NCBI RefSeq assembly: GCF_009914755.1
Contig: NC_060936.1
Direction: 5' to 3' (one strand)
Origin: the human T2T-CHM13v2.0 reference genome, Homo sapiens
Length of the DNA stretch: 64,000 bases
The notes under the pieces are model-generated. The model was not told where the DNA came from, ran no database searches, and saw only the letters and a list, made by a program, of their open reading frames with translations. Shown here in pieces: positions 13,180 to 30,544 of the stretch. Made by a program: the position numbers and the translations under genes. The first letter of the stretch is position 1. The number at the start of each line of letters is the position of its first letter.

Positions 13180-14160
13180 TCTCTCAGAGATGTCTGAACA
13201 CTTCTAATCTCTATCCTGCTTTATACCTGTTGTACAGTTGCCCATTATGAAATCTCCCTTGTTCATCTTCCATATTTTTCTTTGAGTTTCTCTGTAGTTG
13301 TGTCTGTGTTTTCTACATCCTGTGTATTTCCTATTTTTTATTTATTTTCTCACTTATGTGACGTACATTTCTTACTTGCTCTCAGAAAGAGAAAACGTTG
13401 GAAATAATTTTTTTGAGAACTGGAATGTTTGAAATGTTTTAATTTTACCACATATCTGATTAAGATTTTTACTTTACAAATTTTAAGAGTACAAACCATA
13501 TTCACACACACTTTTGAAGTCATTGCCCCAATTATGTTATTTTCATTGGTGCTGTTATGTAATCATTAGGCTTTGATGGGAGATTTTTTTTCAGCCACAT
13601 CTCTCTAGTGGCTTACAGCATCTCTTTGTTGTTCTCAGTGTATGAAACTCTGCATTAATATTTTCCTTGGTGTTGGCCAATTTTCAACCATTGTTCTGTG
13701 CCCTTAATTGGCCCTTATTATTTATAAACTTTAGTTTTTTGATTCTACTAAAACACTTAAAAGTTTCTCATTATTTTCCTCCCACCCAACTTTTTGTTTT
13801 TTGTTTTTTTTTTTTTGGTCTGGAACTGTAATTAATGAAATATTAGACGCCTTTAATAGTTTTCTATTTTTCCTTTCTCTGATTCAGCTCTAAGGTCTGG
13901 GGACGTTTATTCAACATCGGCCAAATTTCCTATTTATTATATCTGCTGTCATGTTTTTAATTTTCACGAGTGCTTTTTATCCTAATACTTATTTTAAATA
14001 CATGTATTATATTTTAGGTATCTGATGATATTAATGTTTTCTAGTTAAACTACTTTATTAATGAAATATACATTTTATTCCTGTTTAGCAACTGTTGTCT
14101 TCATTGCTATTTCTATTTCTTAGAAACTTTCTCAGGTATTTTGTGATCCTGGGTCCCTAT
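13180..14160 (-). mobile_element. Old HAL1/L1M ORF1-region fragment
   Basis: ctcagaaag...tttttgagaactggaatgtttgaaatgtttt...ttttgaagtcattgccc...tctggaactgtaatt...ctgctgtcatgtttttaatttt. Confidence 0.55.
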
Positions 14161-14639
14161 AAAGATGATGGGAAGCACTAAGCATGTGCTGTAAGGTTGT
14201 GGAGTTTTTGTTTGATAACCAGCTGTACTATATATTGGTGTTAATGTTGTTAGGCCTTTTCTCTTACCTGGTAATATTCTACAAGGAAAATTCCTCACAT
14301 CTCTTTTATTCTAGAGATACAATTTTATGGAATAATTAGAATAATCTGGGTAAGAAATCAGCATTTTCTCTTCCCCCAATATTCTTGGTTGGAGAGACGT
14401 TCTTAACCATTAAAAAACTATAAAAATACACTGAAAAAGAGATTTACTTTATTGGAAATACTATATTGTCCCCATTCTCACTATATATATATATAATTTT
14501 TCCATTAATACTTCATTTATCTAATTTGATCTTTTGTATTTAAGGGAGAAAAATATCTGCCTGTAACAAATATACAAAATTTTCCTCCCTGTAGATATGA
14601 ATTCTAATAAAGCAAAGAGGTAGGGCATAAAATCATGAA

Positions 14640-14774
14640 TTGTTTAAATATATGGGATCATCATGACAATATGGCTTTTCAGTTCACATATTAGGAAATT
14701 GAGATCTAGAGAAGTAAAACATGACAAAAAGTCATACATCAAACAGTAAGGCATCTGCTTCCCAATATACTCTT
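14640..14774 (-). mobile_element. MIR fragment interrupted by the full-length L1 (resumes ~20913-20950)
   Basis: aggaaattgagatctagagaagtaaaac...gtcatacatc resembles the reverse MIR core. Confidence 0.45.
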
Positions 14775-14994
14775 TTTTAAAAAAAATTTATTATACTTTA
14801 AGTTTTAGGGTACATGTGCACAGGGTGCAGGTTTGTTACATATGTATACATGTGCCATGTTGGTGTGCTGCACCCATTAACTCGTCATTTAGCATTAGGT
14901 ATATCTCCTAATGCTATCCCTCCCCCTTCCCCCCACCCCACAACAGGCCCAAGTGTGTGATGTTCCCCTTCCTGTGTCCATGTGTTCTGATTGT

Positions 14995-18783
<3,789 letters not shown>

Positions 18784-18846
18784 TATGATGTTAGCTGGTT
18801 ATTTTGCTCGTTAGTTGATGCAGTTTCTTCCTAGCCTTGATGGTCT

Positions 18847-19862
18847 TTACAATTTGGCATGATTTTGCAGTGGCTGGTACCGGTTGTTCCTTTCCAGGTT
18901 GAGTGCTTCCTTCAGGAGCTCTTTTAGGGCAGGCCTGGCAGTGACAAAATCTCTCAGCATTTGCTTGTCTGTAAAGTATTTTATTTCTCCTTCACTTATG
19001 AAGCTTAGTTTGGCTGGATATGAAATTCTGGGTTGAAAATTCTTTTCTTTAAGAATGTTGAATATTGGTCCCCACTCTCTTCTGGCTTGTGGAGTTTCTG
19101 CCAAGAGATCAGCTGTTAGTCTGATGGGCTTCCCTTTGTGGGTAACCTAACCTTTCTCTCTGGCTTCCCTTAACATTTTTTCCTTCATTTCAACTTTGGT
19201 GAATCTGATAATTCTGTGTCTTGGAGTTGCTCTTCTCGAGGAGTATCTTTGTGGCGTTCTCTGTATTTCCTGAATTTGAATGTTGGCCTGCCTTGCTAGA
19301 TTGGGGAAGTTCTCCTGGATAATATCCTGAAGAGTGTTTTCCAACTTGGTTCCTTTCTCCCCGTCACTTTCAGGTACACCAATCAGACTTAGATTTGGTC
19401 TTTTCACATAGTCCCATATTTCCTGGAGGCTTTGTTCATTTCTTTTTATTCTTTTTTCTCTAAACTTCTCTTCTCACTTCATTTCATTCATTTCATCTTC
19501 CATCACTGATACCCTTTCTTCCAGTTGATTGCATCGGCTACTGAGGCTTGTCCATTCATCACATAGTTCTTGTGCCATGATTTTTAGCTCCATCAGGTTC
19601 TTTAAGGACTTCTCTGCATTGGTTATTGTAGCAGCCATTTGTCTAATTTTTTTTCAAGGTTTTTAACTTCTTTGCCATGGGTTCAAACTTCCTCCTTTGG
19701 ATCGGAGTAGTTTGATCATCTGAAGCCTTCTTCTCTCAACTGGTCAAAGTCATTCTCCATCCAGCTTTGTTCCGTTGCTGGTGAGAAGGTGTGTTCCTTT
19801 GGAGGAGGAGAGGTGCTTTGATTTTTAGAGATTCCAGTTTTTCTTCTCTGTTTTTTCCCCAT
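18847..19862 (-). pseudogene. L1 ORF1, disrupted
   Basis: ATGGGGAAAAAACAG start; fragments KRPNL..., QARREWGPIF...YPAKLS...NHAKL; premature stop at 19147. Confidence 0.93.
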
Positions 19863-21949
19863 CTTTGTGGTTTTATCTACCTTTGGTCTTTGATGATGGT
19901 GACATACAGATGGGTTTTTGGTGTGGATGTCCTTTCTGTTTGTTAGTTTTCCTGCTAACGGTCAGGACCCTCAGCTGCAGGTCTGTTGGAGTTTGCTGGA
20001 AGTCCACTCCAGACCCTTTTTGCCTGGGTATCAGCAGCGGTGGCTGCAGAACAGCGGATATTTGTGAACCGCAAATGCTGCTGCCTTATCATTCCTCTGG
20101 AAGTTTTGTCACAGAGGAGTACCCAGCCATGTGAGGTGTCATTCCAACCCTTCTGGGGGTTGTCTCCCAGTTAGGCTACTTGGGGGTCAGGGACCCACTT
20201 GAGGAGGCAGTCTACCCATTCTCAGATCTCCAGCTGCATGCTGGGAGAACCACTACTCTCTTCAAAGCTGTCAGACAGGGACATTTAAGTCTGCAGAAGT
20301 TATCGCTGTCTTTTGTTTGTCTGTGCCCTGCCCCCAGAGGTGGAGCCTACAGAGGCAGGTAGGCCTCCTTGAGCTGTGGTGGGCTCCACCCAGTTCGAGC
20401 TTCCTGGCCGCTTTGTTTACCTACTCAAGCCTCGGCAATTGCGGGCGCCCCTCCCCAGCCTTGCTGCCTCCTTGCAGTTTGATCTCAGACTGCTGTGCTA
20501 GCAATGAGCAATGCTCCGTGGGCATACAACCCTCCAAGCCATGTGCGGGATATAATCTCCTGGTGTGCCATTTGTTAAGCCCATTGGAAATGTGCAGTAT
20601 TAGGGTGTGAGTGACCCGATTTTCCAGGTGCCATCTGTCACCCCTTTCTTTGACTAGGAAAGGGAATTCCCTGACCCCTTGTGCTTGCCTGTGAGGTGAT
20701 GCCTCGCCATGCTTCAGCTCACACAGGATGCACTGCACCCACTGTCCTGCACCCACTGTCCGGCACTTCCCAGTGAGATGATCCGGCATTTCCCAGTGAG
20801 ATGAACCCGGTACCTCAGTTGGAAATGCAGAAATCACCTGTCTTCTGTGTCGCTCATGCTGGGAGCTGTAGACTGGAGCGGTTCCTATTCAGCCATCTTG
20901 GCTGCACCCCCTCCAATATACTCTTCCATCCAATATACTACAGTGTCTCTAAAATATTATTTTTATATCCAATTGTTGCTTATTAGGGAAGTCCCTATAT
21001 TCTCTATATGTATGATTATTTGTAGGGCCTTATATAGGCCTTTAAAAAGTTATTATTATCCTTTGTCTCTTTACAAATATTTATTCATGTGTGTTTGCAC
21101 TGTGCTAGGTATATCAATCAATAGGCAAAAAAAGTCAATCGTAACTCTTCACCAATGTTTGAATTGATTTTTAATAAAAAAGAAGGTGTTCTCCTAAGAA
21201 TCTTGAAAAATCGAATTTCTATCTCTACCTTCTTCTTCTGTATTAAAGCATCCAAGGACCTAGCTTACTGGACTGATGAGAAATTTATTACCACACAGCC
21301 CAGTCAGAGGAATGTAAATGCTATAATCAACCACATGTTCCATAAGAAATGCATTAATCAGTATAGGTTAAATAATAAAAGTTTTAATATTTAATATGTT
21401 TTCCTAGAACAGTGGAAAGATTCAGCAACAAGATAGCAATGTAGGTGACATAAGGGAAACAGAGCAACATCGTATGCCCCCTAGGAAGGACCCTGCAGCA
21501 GACCTGACTTTGTTCATCACAGGCACCACAGAGCATACTAAAATCAAATACCAAATATAAAACTCAGGTAGAGTTTTAAAGGGCCACAAAAATGTCAGTG
21601 CAGCAGGTGTTTAGATGATCTCTATGGAAAGCACATATTAACAACAACCCCAGTACAAATTAACACTTGAAATATTCATCATTACATAGTGAGATTTGTA
21701 TTATGTAGGGAAGAAAGAGGAGAATGACTCAAATAACTAAATTTTAAATTTGAAAGAGCTTTTCAACTGTTTGATGAAAACAGCTCTAAATATATTTTTA
21801 CTTATCTATCATTAGCTTCTTGGAATTTTTATTCAGAACACTAAAATATCTGAAAACTGGGCTCACTTTTGAAGATCAGATTTTATTTAGGATTCACTTT
21901 ACAAATGCAAATTTTAAACAACATAGAAATTCAGTTTTTTTTTTTAAAA

Positions 21950-22400
21950 GAGATAACATTCTTTTCATTGATTCCCCTACTTTACATGAACATTCTGTTA
22001 GATACTGTCTGGAAAAAATAAGTAAGAAATAATCTGTGCAACATAAAGGTGATTATATTCCATTAGGGAAATAAACACATAATATATTTTGGTATTATAT
22101 AGCAAGTAGAATATTATACATAAATTTAAGAGGAAAAAAGGGGAAAGAACACCTACACCAGTCTATTTGTTTAAGAAAAAGCTCCTTGGAGGAGGTACCC
22201 TCTAAGTTGAGTCTTCAAGAGTAAGATTAAAGTAAAGAAAGGCAGATAGAACAGTTCAAGCCACGGCAGTATGTTACAGTGTGTTATGCAGGAGAAAAAC
22301 TTCCAAGCATATTGGCAATTCAACTCTAAAGTGAAAGGCAGCTTTATTCTAACTAGTAAAAGATCAGTAAATAAAAGGTGCACCTATATGTCATGCAGGA
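21950..22400 (-). mobile_element. L2 fragment
   Basis: aaaagctccttggaggaggtaccctctaagttgagtcttcaagag, typical reverse L2 3' region. Confidence 0.55.
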
Positions 22401-23745
22401 CTTAGTCAAATATAATTAAATATAATCCACTGAAAAAATAAAACTGAAGATAATTTTTAATTATTCTTAGGGTTGTATTACATATCTTTCAGATCAGAAT
22501 GTCTGGTTAGATTGTTTACATGAAAGAGGAAAAATATTGTGTTTAGCAGATTCTTTAGAAATAGAAAATAGTTTAGTATTTTAAAAACTTGCCTCTTTTA
22601 TTCTTTTCTATATTTTACTATGTTTCAAAATTGAATACTGTTTGAGAATTAATGTATATTTTTGCATTTACTCCAGATTCCTAGGCTAACTCTTAATTTA
22701 GCATATAGAGCATATCTCAAATATTCAAAATATAGAACATTTTGATAGTTTTTCACTAAGATAACTTCAGTATAAATTAAGCAAATTAATGAGTCTTCTT
22801 TTACCTTGCCATCATACTATTTTTCACAAAGCAGCAGAGAGCTATTCCTTTAGCAGTACTAAATACAGCTAATCTACAGTGAGGCCCTCTAATAATCTTG
22901 TTACTTATAATAACCCATGCCATGCTAACCACAACTCCAGTAAGAGCTGTTATTATTGCCTTCATTTTAAAAGTAAAGAATAGTCCACTCTAAAATTTGG
23001 ATTTTAAATACGGAGTTATGCTGCCTTTGAGCACTCAATTTAACTTTATAATGAGAAAAAAATGATGGCAGAATAAAAAGGGAGTTATATAAACATATCT
23101 TAATTAATTTTTAACATTTTAAATTAAACTTAATACATTTGGCATATTTTTTCAACCTCATTGAAAAACTACAAAGGTTTCTAAAGACTAGTTACTGTTT
23201 ATGCAGAAAATAACACCGGTTCACATTGTATTCAATGACCAAACAACAGGATAATTCTCTATGTTTCTCACATGTTTAGACGAGTTGAAGGCAAGCAGAA
23301 TTGCTGCAATGGCATGCATGGGAAGGACACATTTTTATTTCAGTTATCCTCCCCTAAATATGAGATTTTCATTCATGGGATACTAGCTAGCCCATGAATT
23401 TAGCCAAGGATATAACAGTAGTTCATTTCTATAACAGAGGAGAAGACATAAGTCAGTATAGCTGAAAGGATCAGCATTTTAAAAGAATGATGGTAGTTGA
23501 TGAATCAATTTCACCTATTACCATGTTACACTAATAAGAGAGAAAAAAGGATACTTAGAAATGAAGGGTAGTAAATATGGAGCAAATAAACTAAAATGAT
23601 ATAACAGAGTATACAATCAACGTATGGAATATACTACTACCGAATGTTATCTCATTGAATAATGTGAATAGATTCTTCAAACATCCAGGGGATTTTATGA
23701 CCATAGACCACATTTATCTTCATATAAGTTAAAAAGATGGTAATC

Positions 23746-24061
<316 letters not shown>

Positions 24062-24575
24062 TCATGCTTCTGGAAGGAAAGTGATTGCCTATTATACATT
24101 ATTTTGGATAATGTTTTATTTGGTTTCCTCTGAATTATTGGCTGGCATAGGAAGGATACTAATAAATTGTCTTTTATTCTTTGGGATTTTTTGTTTGACT
24201 CACTTTGTGGCTCTGGTCTCCCATTGTTTTGTATTGCAGTTAATCGCGCACATATCCAAGCATTTTCCATCCTCAAATTATTAACTCCATACTAAGGAGA
24301 ACTAAGTTGATCAAACGTGTATTTTCCAAATAACTATTAAAGTAAGTTACATATGATAAGGGGTCAATAAGTAATGTGCTATGCATTCTTCTCTCTTAGG
24401 GAAAAAGTGAGCTACTGAAAAGATTCAAATAGTATTCTTCTGAAACGGTGCTTAGAGAAAAAGAGTATTTTTTTCATCTATATTTAGTTATAGGTAACAT
24501 GATTGATTAGCTGTATTATGCAGTTTTATTTTTTCCAAGATTTTATCAAGTTGTTTTTCTGAGACATAGAAAAGA

Positions 24576-24610
<35 letters not shown>

Positions 24611-24897
24611 GTTTGAGACAGTTTCACTCTTGTTGCCCAGGCTGGAGTGCAATTGCGCGATCTTGGCTCACCACAACCTCCGTCTCTGGGTTCAAGTGAT
24701 TCTCCTGCCTCAGCCTCCCAAGTACCTGAGATTACAGGTGCATGCCACCACACCTGGATAATTTTTTTTGTATTTTTAATAGAGCTGGGGTTTCGCCATG
24801 TTGGCCAGTCTGGTCTCTAACTTCTGAGCTCAGGCAATCCACCCACCTTGGCCTCTCAAAGTGCTGGGATTACAGGCATGAGCCATGGCACCTGGCC
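24576..24897 (-). mobile_element. AluSq/Sp with (TAA)n tail
   Basis: gtttcactcttgttgcccagg...cctggcc; (TAT)n tract at 24576-24610. Confidence 0.92.
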
Positions 24898-24899
24898 CC

Positions 24900-25600
24900 A
24901 TTTAGCTTCTCTTTCAAAATTAGCCTGGAATCTCACCTCACCACCTGCACTTGGATAAGTCGCCAACACAGCCCAAAGCCAATCATTGACCACGTGGCTC
25001 ACTGTAATAGCCTCCTAACTGGTCTCCCTGCCTCCACTGTTCTGATTCATTTCATCGTGGCAACCAGAATTATCTGTTTATAGTAACAGACACATCATGT
25101 TATCTTCCTGATCTAAACCTTCCCTTGGCTTGCCATCTTTTGTAAAATAAAATCCAAAGATTTTTGTCTTTTTCAGGACCCTACATGACCTGGATTATGA
25201 TTGTATTTTCAGCTTCATTTCCTCTCGCATGTTTTCTATGTTGCTTTGACCCAGTCCTATTCTCGCCCTGCTATTCTGCAAGCGCATGCCTACAGTACCC
25301 ACTTTTACCATTGTTCTCCTGGATACTTAAAGGGCTGTGTATTTCATTCTGATTAGTCACCTCCTCAAAGAAGTCTTGCATGGTGATTCCTATCTAAAAT
25401 AGGAACCCCAGCCATAGTGATACCAATTATTACTACCTGACATTATGTTTTATTTTATATTTTATTTGCTCCTTGTCTGAATTCCTCACTAAAATGTAAT
25501 GTTCATGAGCACGGGAACGTCATCCACTGCAATATTCCTAGTACTAAGAGTAACACCTATCACCTAGTAGGTACTCTGTAAATACTGGATGGATTAATGG
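24900..25600 (+). mobile_element. L2a 3' fragment
   Basis: actgtaatagcctcctaactggtctccctgcctcc ... cacctagtaggtactctgtaaatactggatggatt. Confidence 0.8.
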
Positions 25601-28209
25601 ATATTACATTTATTTATATTTATGTAAAATATGTTTAAAGACTACATATATTGCTTGCTAAATGGAGTCCAATCAATTTGAATGCATGTGCATACATACA
25701 GGTGCTCCTAATTTGTTACACGTGTAATTAGATAAGTGGCAATTTAATTGGGAGGGAAGAGCAGTATAACCTGGTAAAAATAAAATGGAGAGATGTGAAC
25801 AAATGAGAGAAGAGAAACTCAAGGAAAGATGAAAAGGAAACACATGAAAATATGGAGAATCAGTAGACTAACACTCAAAAGAAAAAGAAGCAGTGTATGT
25901 GGGGACAACGAGTAAAGCAAAAGAGTAATTTGTAAAGAAAACACATAGCTCTACTTCATAAGGTGTGGATATTGGGTTATAGCAATGGGTGAAACAGAGT
26001 AGACAGTCAGCCTGGAGACCGAAGGATGCTAGTTAAGATGTGTTCCTTAAAGTGCTTTGCTTCTGGGCCATCTGCCTCACCAAGATATTCTTCCTATAAC
26101 AAATGAGAGCAGGATTGCTAGCAAGTTAAATGACTCTGGCTCCTTTTTTTTAATTTTTCCCCCAGATTCTTAACAATGAAAGTTGTTCAGGCCTGTAAGT
26201 CAGATCATGACATCTCTATAAACTCATACATATTATTTCCCTGGCGCCAGAAGTTGATGTGTCATGGAAAGATGGCCTACAGCTATGCCTTATAAAGCTG
26301 AAAAAATAAAGCACACGATGTTCCTCCTGTTGTCAGGCATTCTCCTTACAACTAAACCATGCTGTCCCCCTTCATTCTGTTTGTTCTGACAAGTCTGCAT
26401 GTCAGGCCATCTATTCCCTTTTACAGAGCTATGTTGATAAAGTGCTTGGTCATACTAAAAGTCCTGGAGATCTCATCAGTGCAAGATTTTCATTGAACCA
26501 GCTGCTTATAAAATTTTTCATGGCAAGTCAGCAAAGCTTAAGTGTGTAGCCATGGTCAGAGTACGGCTTAAATGAACTGGCCAGGCAGTTGCTCTGTGGG
26601 TTATTTGTAACGTGCATGACATCTATACTCAATGTTTTGACATGCTTGTTAATTTATCACTTGAATCCTAGAATAAACTCAGAAATTGTTTTTCTCTTTG
26701 TTTTTTCTATTTAGAAAGTGGTCACAATTACAATTAAATTCATTTTTTTTGAACTTCATTAGACTCTTGATGTTATCAAGGGATATCTCCAGAAATATGT
26801 TAATTAGATTAACGCATCTAATCCCCATATGTGTTAATATCACTCAAGTACTTTCCATGCAATATAAGAAAAAGACTTTTAAAAACTCCAGTTGGCTAAA
26901 GGTGTTGTGTAGTTGGCTGTACTCATTTCTGAAACATCAGCCCTCGGTGCTCATTATTCACCTGCCTCAGGAAAATTACTATTTATTTTAGGCTGTGGAC
27001 CCCTGATCTCTTGCAAATACTCAAATCTGAGTATGAGAGTCCTTGGATATTAAGATTCCACTTCATGGCAGCCTTATGTATATCTCAATTCTTCATATTC
27101 CCTTGAATAGTGTGGACTGCCTAAGCTAAACTAAGAAAAGTGGAAACCAATTATCAATAAGATAGTGAAAAGAAAAGCATTTTATTCTAGGTCAATAAAC
27201 ACAAAATCAAATAAAGACTTGGAAAGGTATTTAGGAAGGAAATTATTAGAATAACTATTGAATTTCACTACTATAATTGACAAAGGAGACAAAGGGAATT
27301 AATTTGGTTAACCATCTTAATCTGTATTTAATTTATCCAATTTTATGAATGGCTGAAATTAAATTTTTGGTTAAAATTATGTAAATTTTTTTTTTCAGAA
27401 ACTAGTCTAAAATGTCCGTATTTGTATACTAAACAAATTCTTAAGATGATTTCTAGATTAAGACTCACTAAGAGTCATATGGTCATATGCTTTAAACATC
27501 TAAAGTTATAAAGATTAATAATTGAAAATGTAGACATTTTCCAGAAAATTTTAAGAACATAATTAAATAATCCAATAAGAGCTATCTTCCATTTAAAGAG
27601 ATATTAACCTTAATTTTTTCATGCAAATAATTATTTTAAAACACAGAGAATATCTAGATCAGTCATTTATATAATCCAAATTTATCAATTAAAAACCATT
27701 CTTCGCTCCACTTTTGTTTATTCATGGCCACTCTTTGAGGAAGTAGAAAAATATACATATTTCCTAAAATTGCTAGAAGTAATACAAAATGGTCAATAGA
27801 GTTTTAGACATTTAAAAACATCACCTCAATGTTTTATCTTCTAACTGGTAACTTTATGAAAATCACAGGGGTTACTGATTTATTATCTGTACATTTAGCA
27901 ATATACAGTTAATAGATACCAGAGGCTATACAGTCTTGACATTTGGTATTAAAGATTTCTTGTGTATTATTTCTTTGTAATAAGACAGATCACTATGCAT
28001 GTCTAAAATTAGATGGTAATTTGATAACAGTAATACATAAGCCAGTACTACACTTCCAAGGAAAGCATTCAATTTATTAACACACAGTGCAACTGAAGAA
28101 AGGTATCAAATCTAATTTCCTATGAGATCTTGATCAATTTAATAATGTCATTAAGAAAATTCCATTCATTGATTCATTAATTTATCAATTTGTTCTATAA
28201 ATATTGCTA

Positions 28210-28420
28210 CTGACAGATAGCCTAGATTTCAATCCTTACTTTACCCCATAGCAATTGTATGCCTTTGAAGGAGTTACTTTACATCTCTGAGCCTTTATTT
28301 TCTTATCAGTAAAGTGGGCATAATAACAGTAATAATTTTATAGGATTGTTTTTAGGATTAAATGAGTTGATTCATATAAAGCTTTTAGCAGAGCTCATGA
28401 CACTCTGAAAACATTTGAGT
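28210..28420 (+). mobile_element. MIR, apparently inserted in a minus-strand L2 (28160-28660)
   Basis: catctctgagcctttattttcttatcagtaaagtgggcataata...aggattaaatgagttg. Confidence 0.7.
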
Positions 28421-28980
28421 TCTTACTAACATTTTTACATTTTTATGTGCCTGAAGCTATGAGACATTAAAGCTATAAAAGCAAGTAATAAAGATATAGT
28501 TTCTACCTACATTGAAAACCAAATAAAAACTAGTAGTTAAGAGAGATGATCGCTGAATAAACACTCACCATGTAAGATTGTGACGGTGACAAGTGACATA
28601 AGAGGTACAATCTTCTATGGAAGCTATAATAGGAGAATTTGACGTAGTAAGGGTGACTAGAAGTTGTTTTTGCTTTTGTTTTTAATGGCAAAGATAAGAG
28701 CATAGATTAAGTACTTTCCACAGAAGAAGCATATTTAGTACAAGAAGGTCTTACAGTAGTTTCCGTTATACAAAATAAATAAATAAGGACCTACAAGTGC
28801 AGAAATCCTCCCTTTTTCTTCTCAGTGAGAGAGATTTTTGAACTACACCTAATAGAACATTAAAACACCCCCTTCTGTCATGAAGAAATGCTCAGTATAC
28901 CAGGTGAATGTAGTGACAGGCACTCACCACCTGAATAAGAGACTCAGGAAGCTGCAACAGATGCAGAATTTCCCATAAAA

Positions 28981-29152
28981 TTTTAAGCTTTATTGAGGTA
29001 TAATTGATGTACAAAAATTTTGCACAAACCTAACGTATACATTTTGATGAATTTGAACATACATATACCGCCATGTTACCACCACCAGAATCAAGATTCC
29101 AAATATATCTGTCACCTCCAAAAATGTCCTTGTGTTATTTTGTGGGGTGTGT

Positions 29153-29189
<37 letters not shown>

Positions 29190-29804
29190 ATGCATAACAT
29201 GAAATCTATTCTCTTAACACATTTTGAAGTACAAAATACTGTATTGTTAACTATAGGTATTATGTTGTTCAGCAGATCTCTAGAATTTATTCATTTCGTA
29301 TAAGTGAAACTTCATTCCCACTGAGCAACAATTTCCCATTTCCTCCTTCCTTGTCCCTGCAACCCATTCTATTCCCTGTTTCTATTAGTTGGACTATTTC
29401 AGATATCTCATCTAAATGGAATTATGCAGTAGTTGTGAGTTTTTTTTCTGTGACTGGCCCATTTTACTTAGCATCATGTCTTAGGTTTATCCACATTGTT
29501 GCAAATTATAGTATTTCCTTTTTTAAAGGTGAATAGTATTTCATTTTATGTAACTGTCACATTTTATTTATCCATTTTTCTGTCAATGGGCTTTGAGTTG
29601 TTTTCATATCTTGGCTATTGTGAATAATGCTGCTAGGAAATTAGGGTGCAAATGTCTTTTCAAGATCGCGATTTTAATTCTTTTGAATATATACCCAGAA
29701 GAAGAATTGCTGGATCATATGATAGCCCTATTTTTAAAATTTTGTTGAGGAACCTCCATACTGTTTTTCATAGTGTCTGCACTTTCCACATTCCCACCAA
29801 CAAT
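28981..29804 (-). mobile_element. L1MA9/L1MB-type 3' fragment with internal (GT)n at 29146-29186
   Basis: agctttattgaggtataattga...agcagatctctagaatttattcat...ttggctattgtgaataatgctgc...ttcccaccaacaat. Confidence 0.85.
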
Positions 29805-30218
29805 CTATAGGGGAAAGTACAATTTTCCATGGAAGCCAAATCATCCTTTCTGAGCACAAATCTAGGTTGAACAATGTGCGTTGTACAGTAGGCTTGGAAT
29901 AGCATAAAGGGATTGGTTCGTGAAGTCTAAAATCCACAGGATTTATAGATTTATAATGTCCATCTTTCTCTTTATTCTTGGGAATGTTGAGGTTGGGTAA
30001 GATTTGCTGGGCTCCCTGTGTCCTGCAAAGTAATAGCAGGGTATAGGATCTTACCAGTTTCGCACACAATATTGACTCTACCAAATTGGGAAGAAGGTTG
30101 CACGTTGAATAACCAAAATAAGGCATTTAACTACTAGAAGCTGGGTGGGAGAAAAACAAAGTAGAGTATAGGAGAAGGCAATAGACTATTTCAGAACTGT
30201 TCCCTTAGTCAGTATTTT

Positions 30219-30544
30219 CTTTTCTTTTCTTTTCTTTTCCAGATAGGTAATTCAATTTTTTTTTTATGAGATCTCACTCTGTCTCCCAAGCTGGAGTGCA
30301 ATGGTGCTATCACGGCTCACTGCAGCATTGACCTACAGGAATTAAGCGATCCTCCCACCTCAGCCTCCTGAGTAGCTGGAACTACAGGTGCATGCCACCA
30401 CATCTGGCTAATTTTTGTACTTTTTGTAGAGATGGGGTTTCACCGTGTTTCCCAGGCTGATCTCAAACTCCTGGGCTCAAGTGATCCACCTGTCTCAGCC
30501 TTCCAAACTGCTGGGATTACAGGCATAAGCCACTGCTCTCAGCC
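30219..30544 (-). mobile_element. AluJ with composite tail
   Basis: J diagnostics (gcagc, gatcctcccacc, ctgggctcaag); 14-bp TSD ttagtcagtatttt at 30205-30218 and 30546-30559. Confidence 0.92.

Noticed and set aside
29734-30126. 130-aa minus-strand ORF
   Set aside because: C-terminus runs into L1M sequence (CWWECGK); no recognisable domain or paired splice sites
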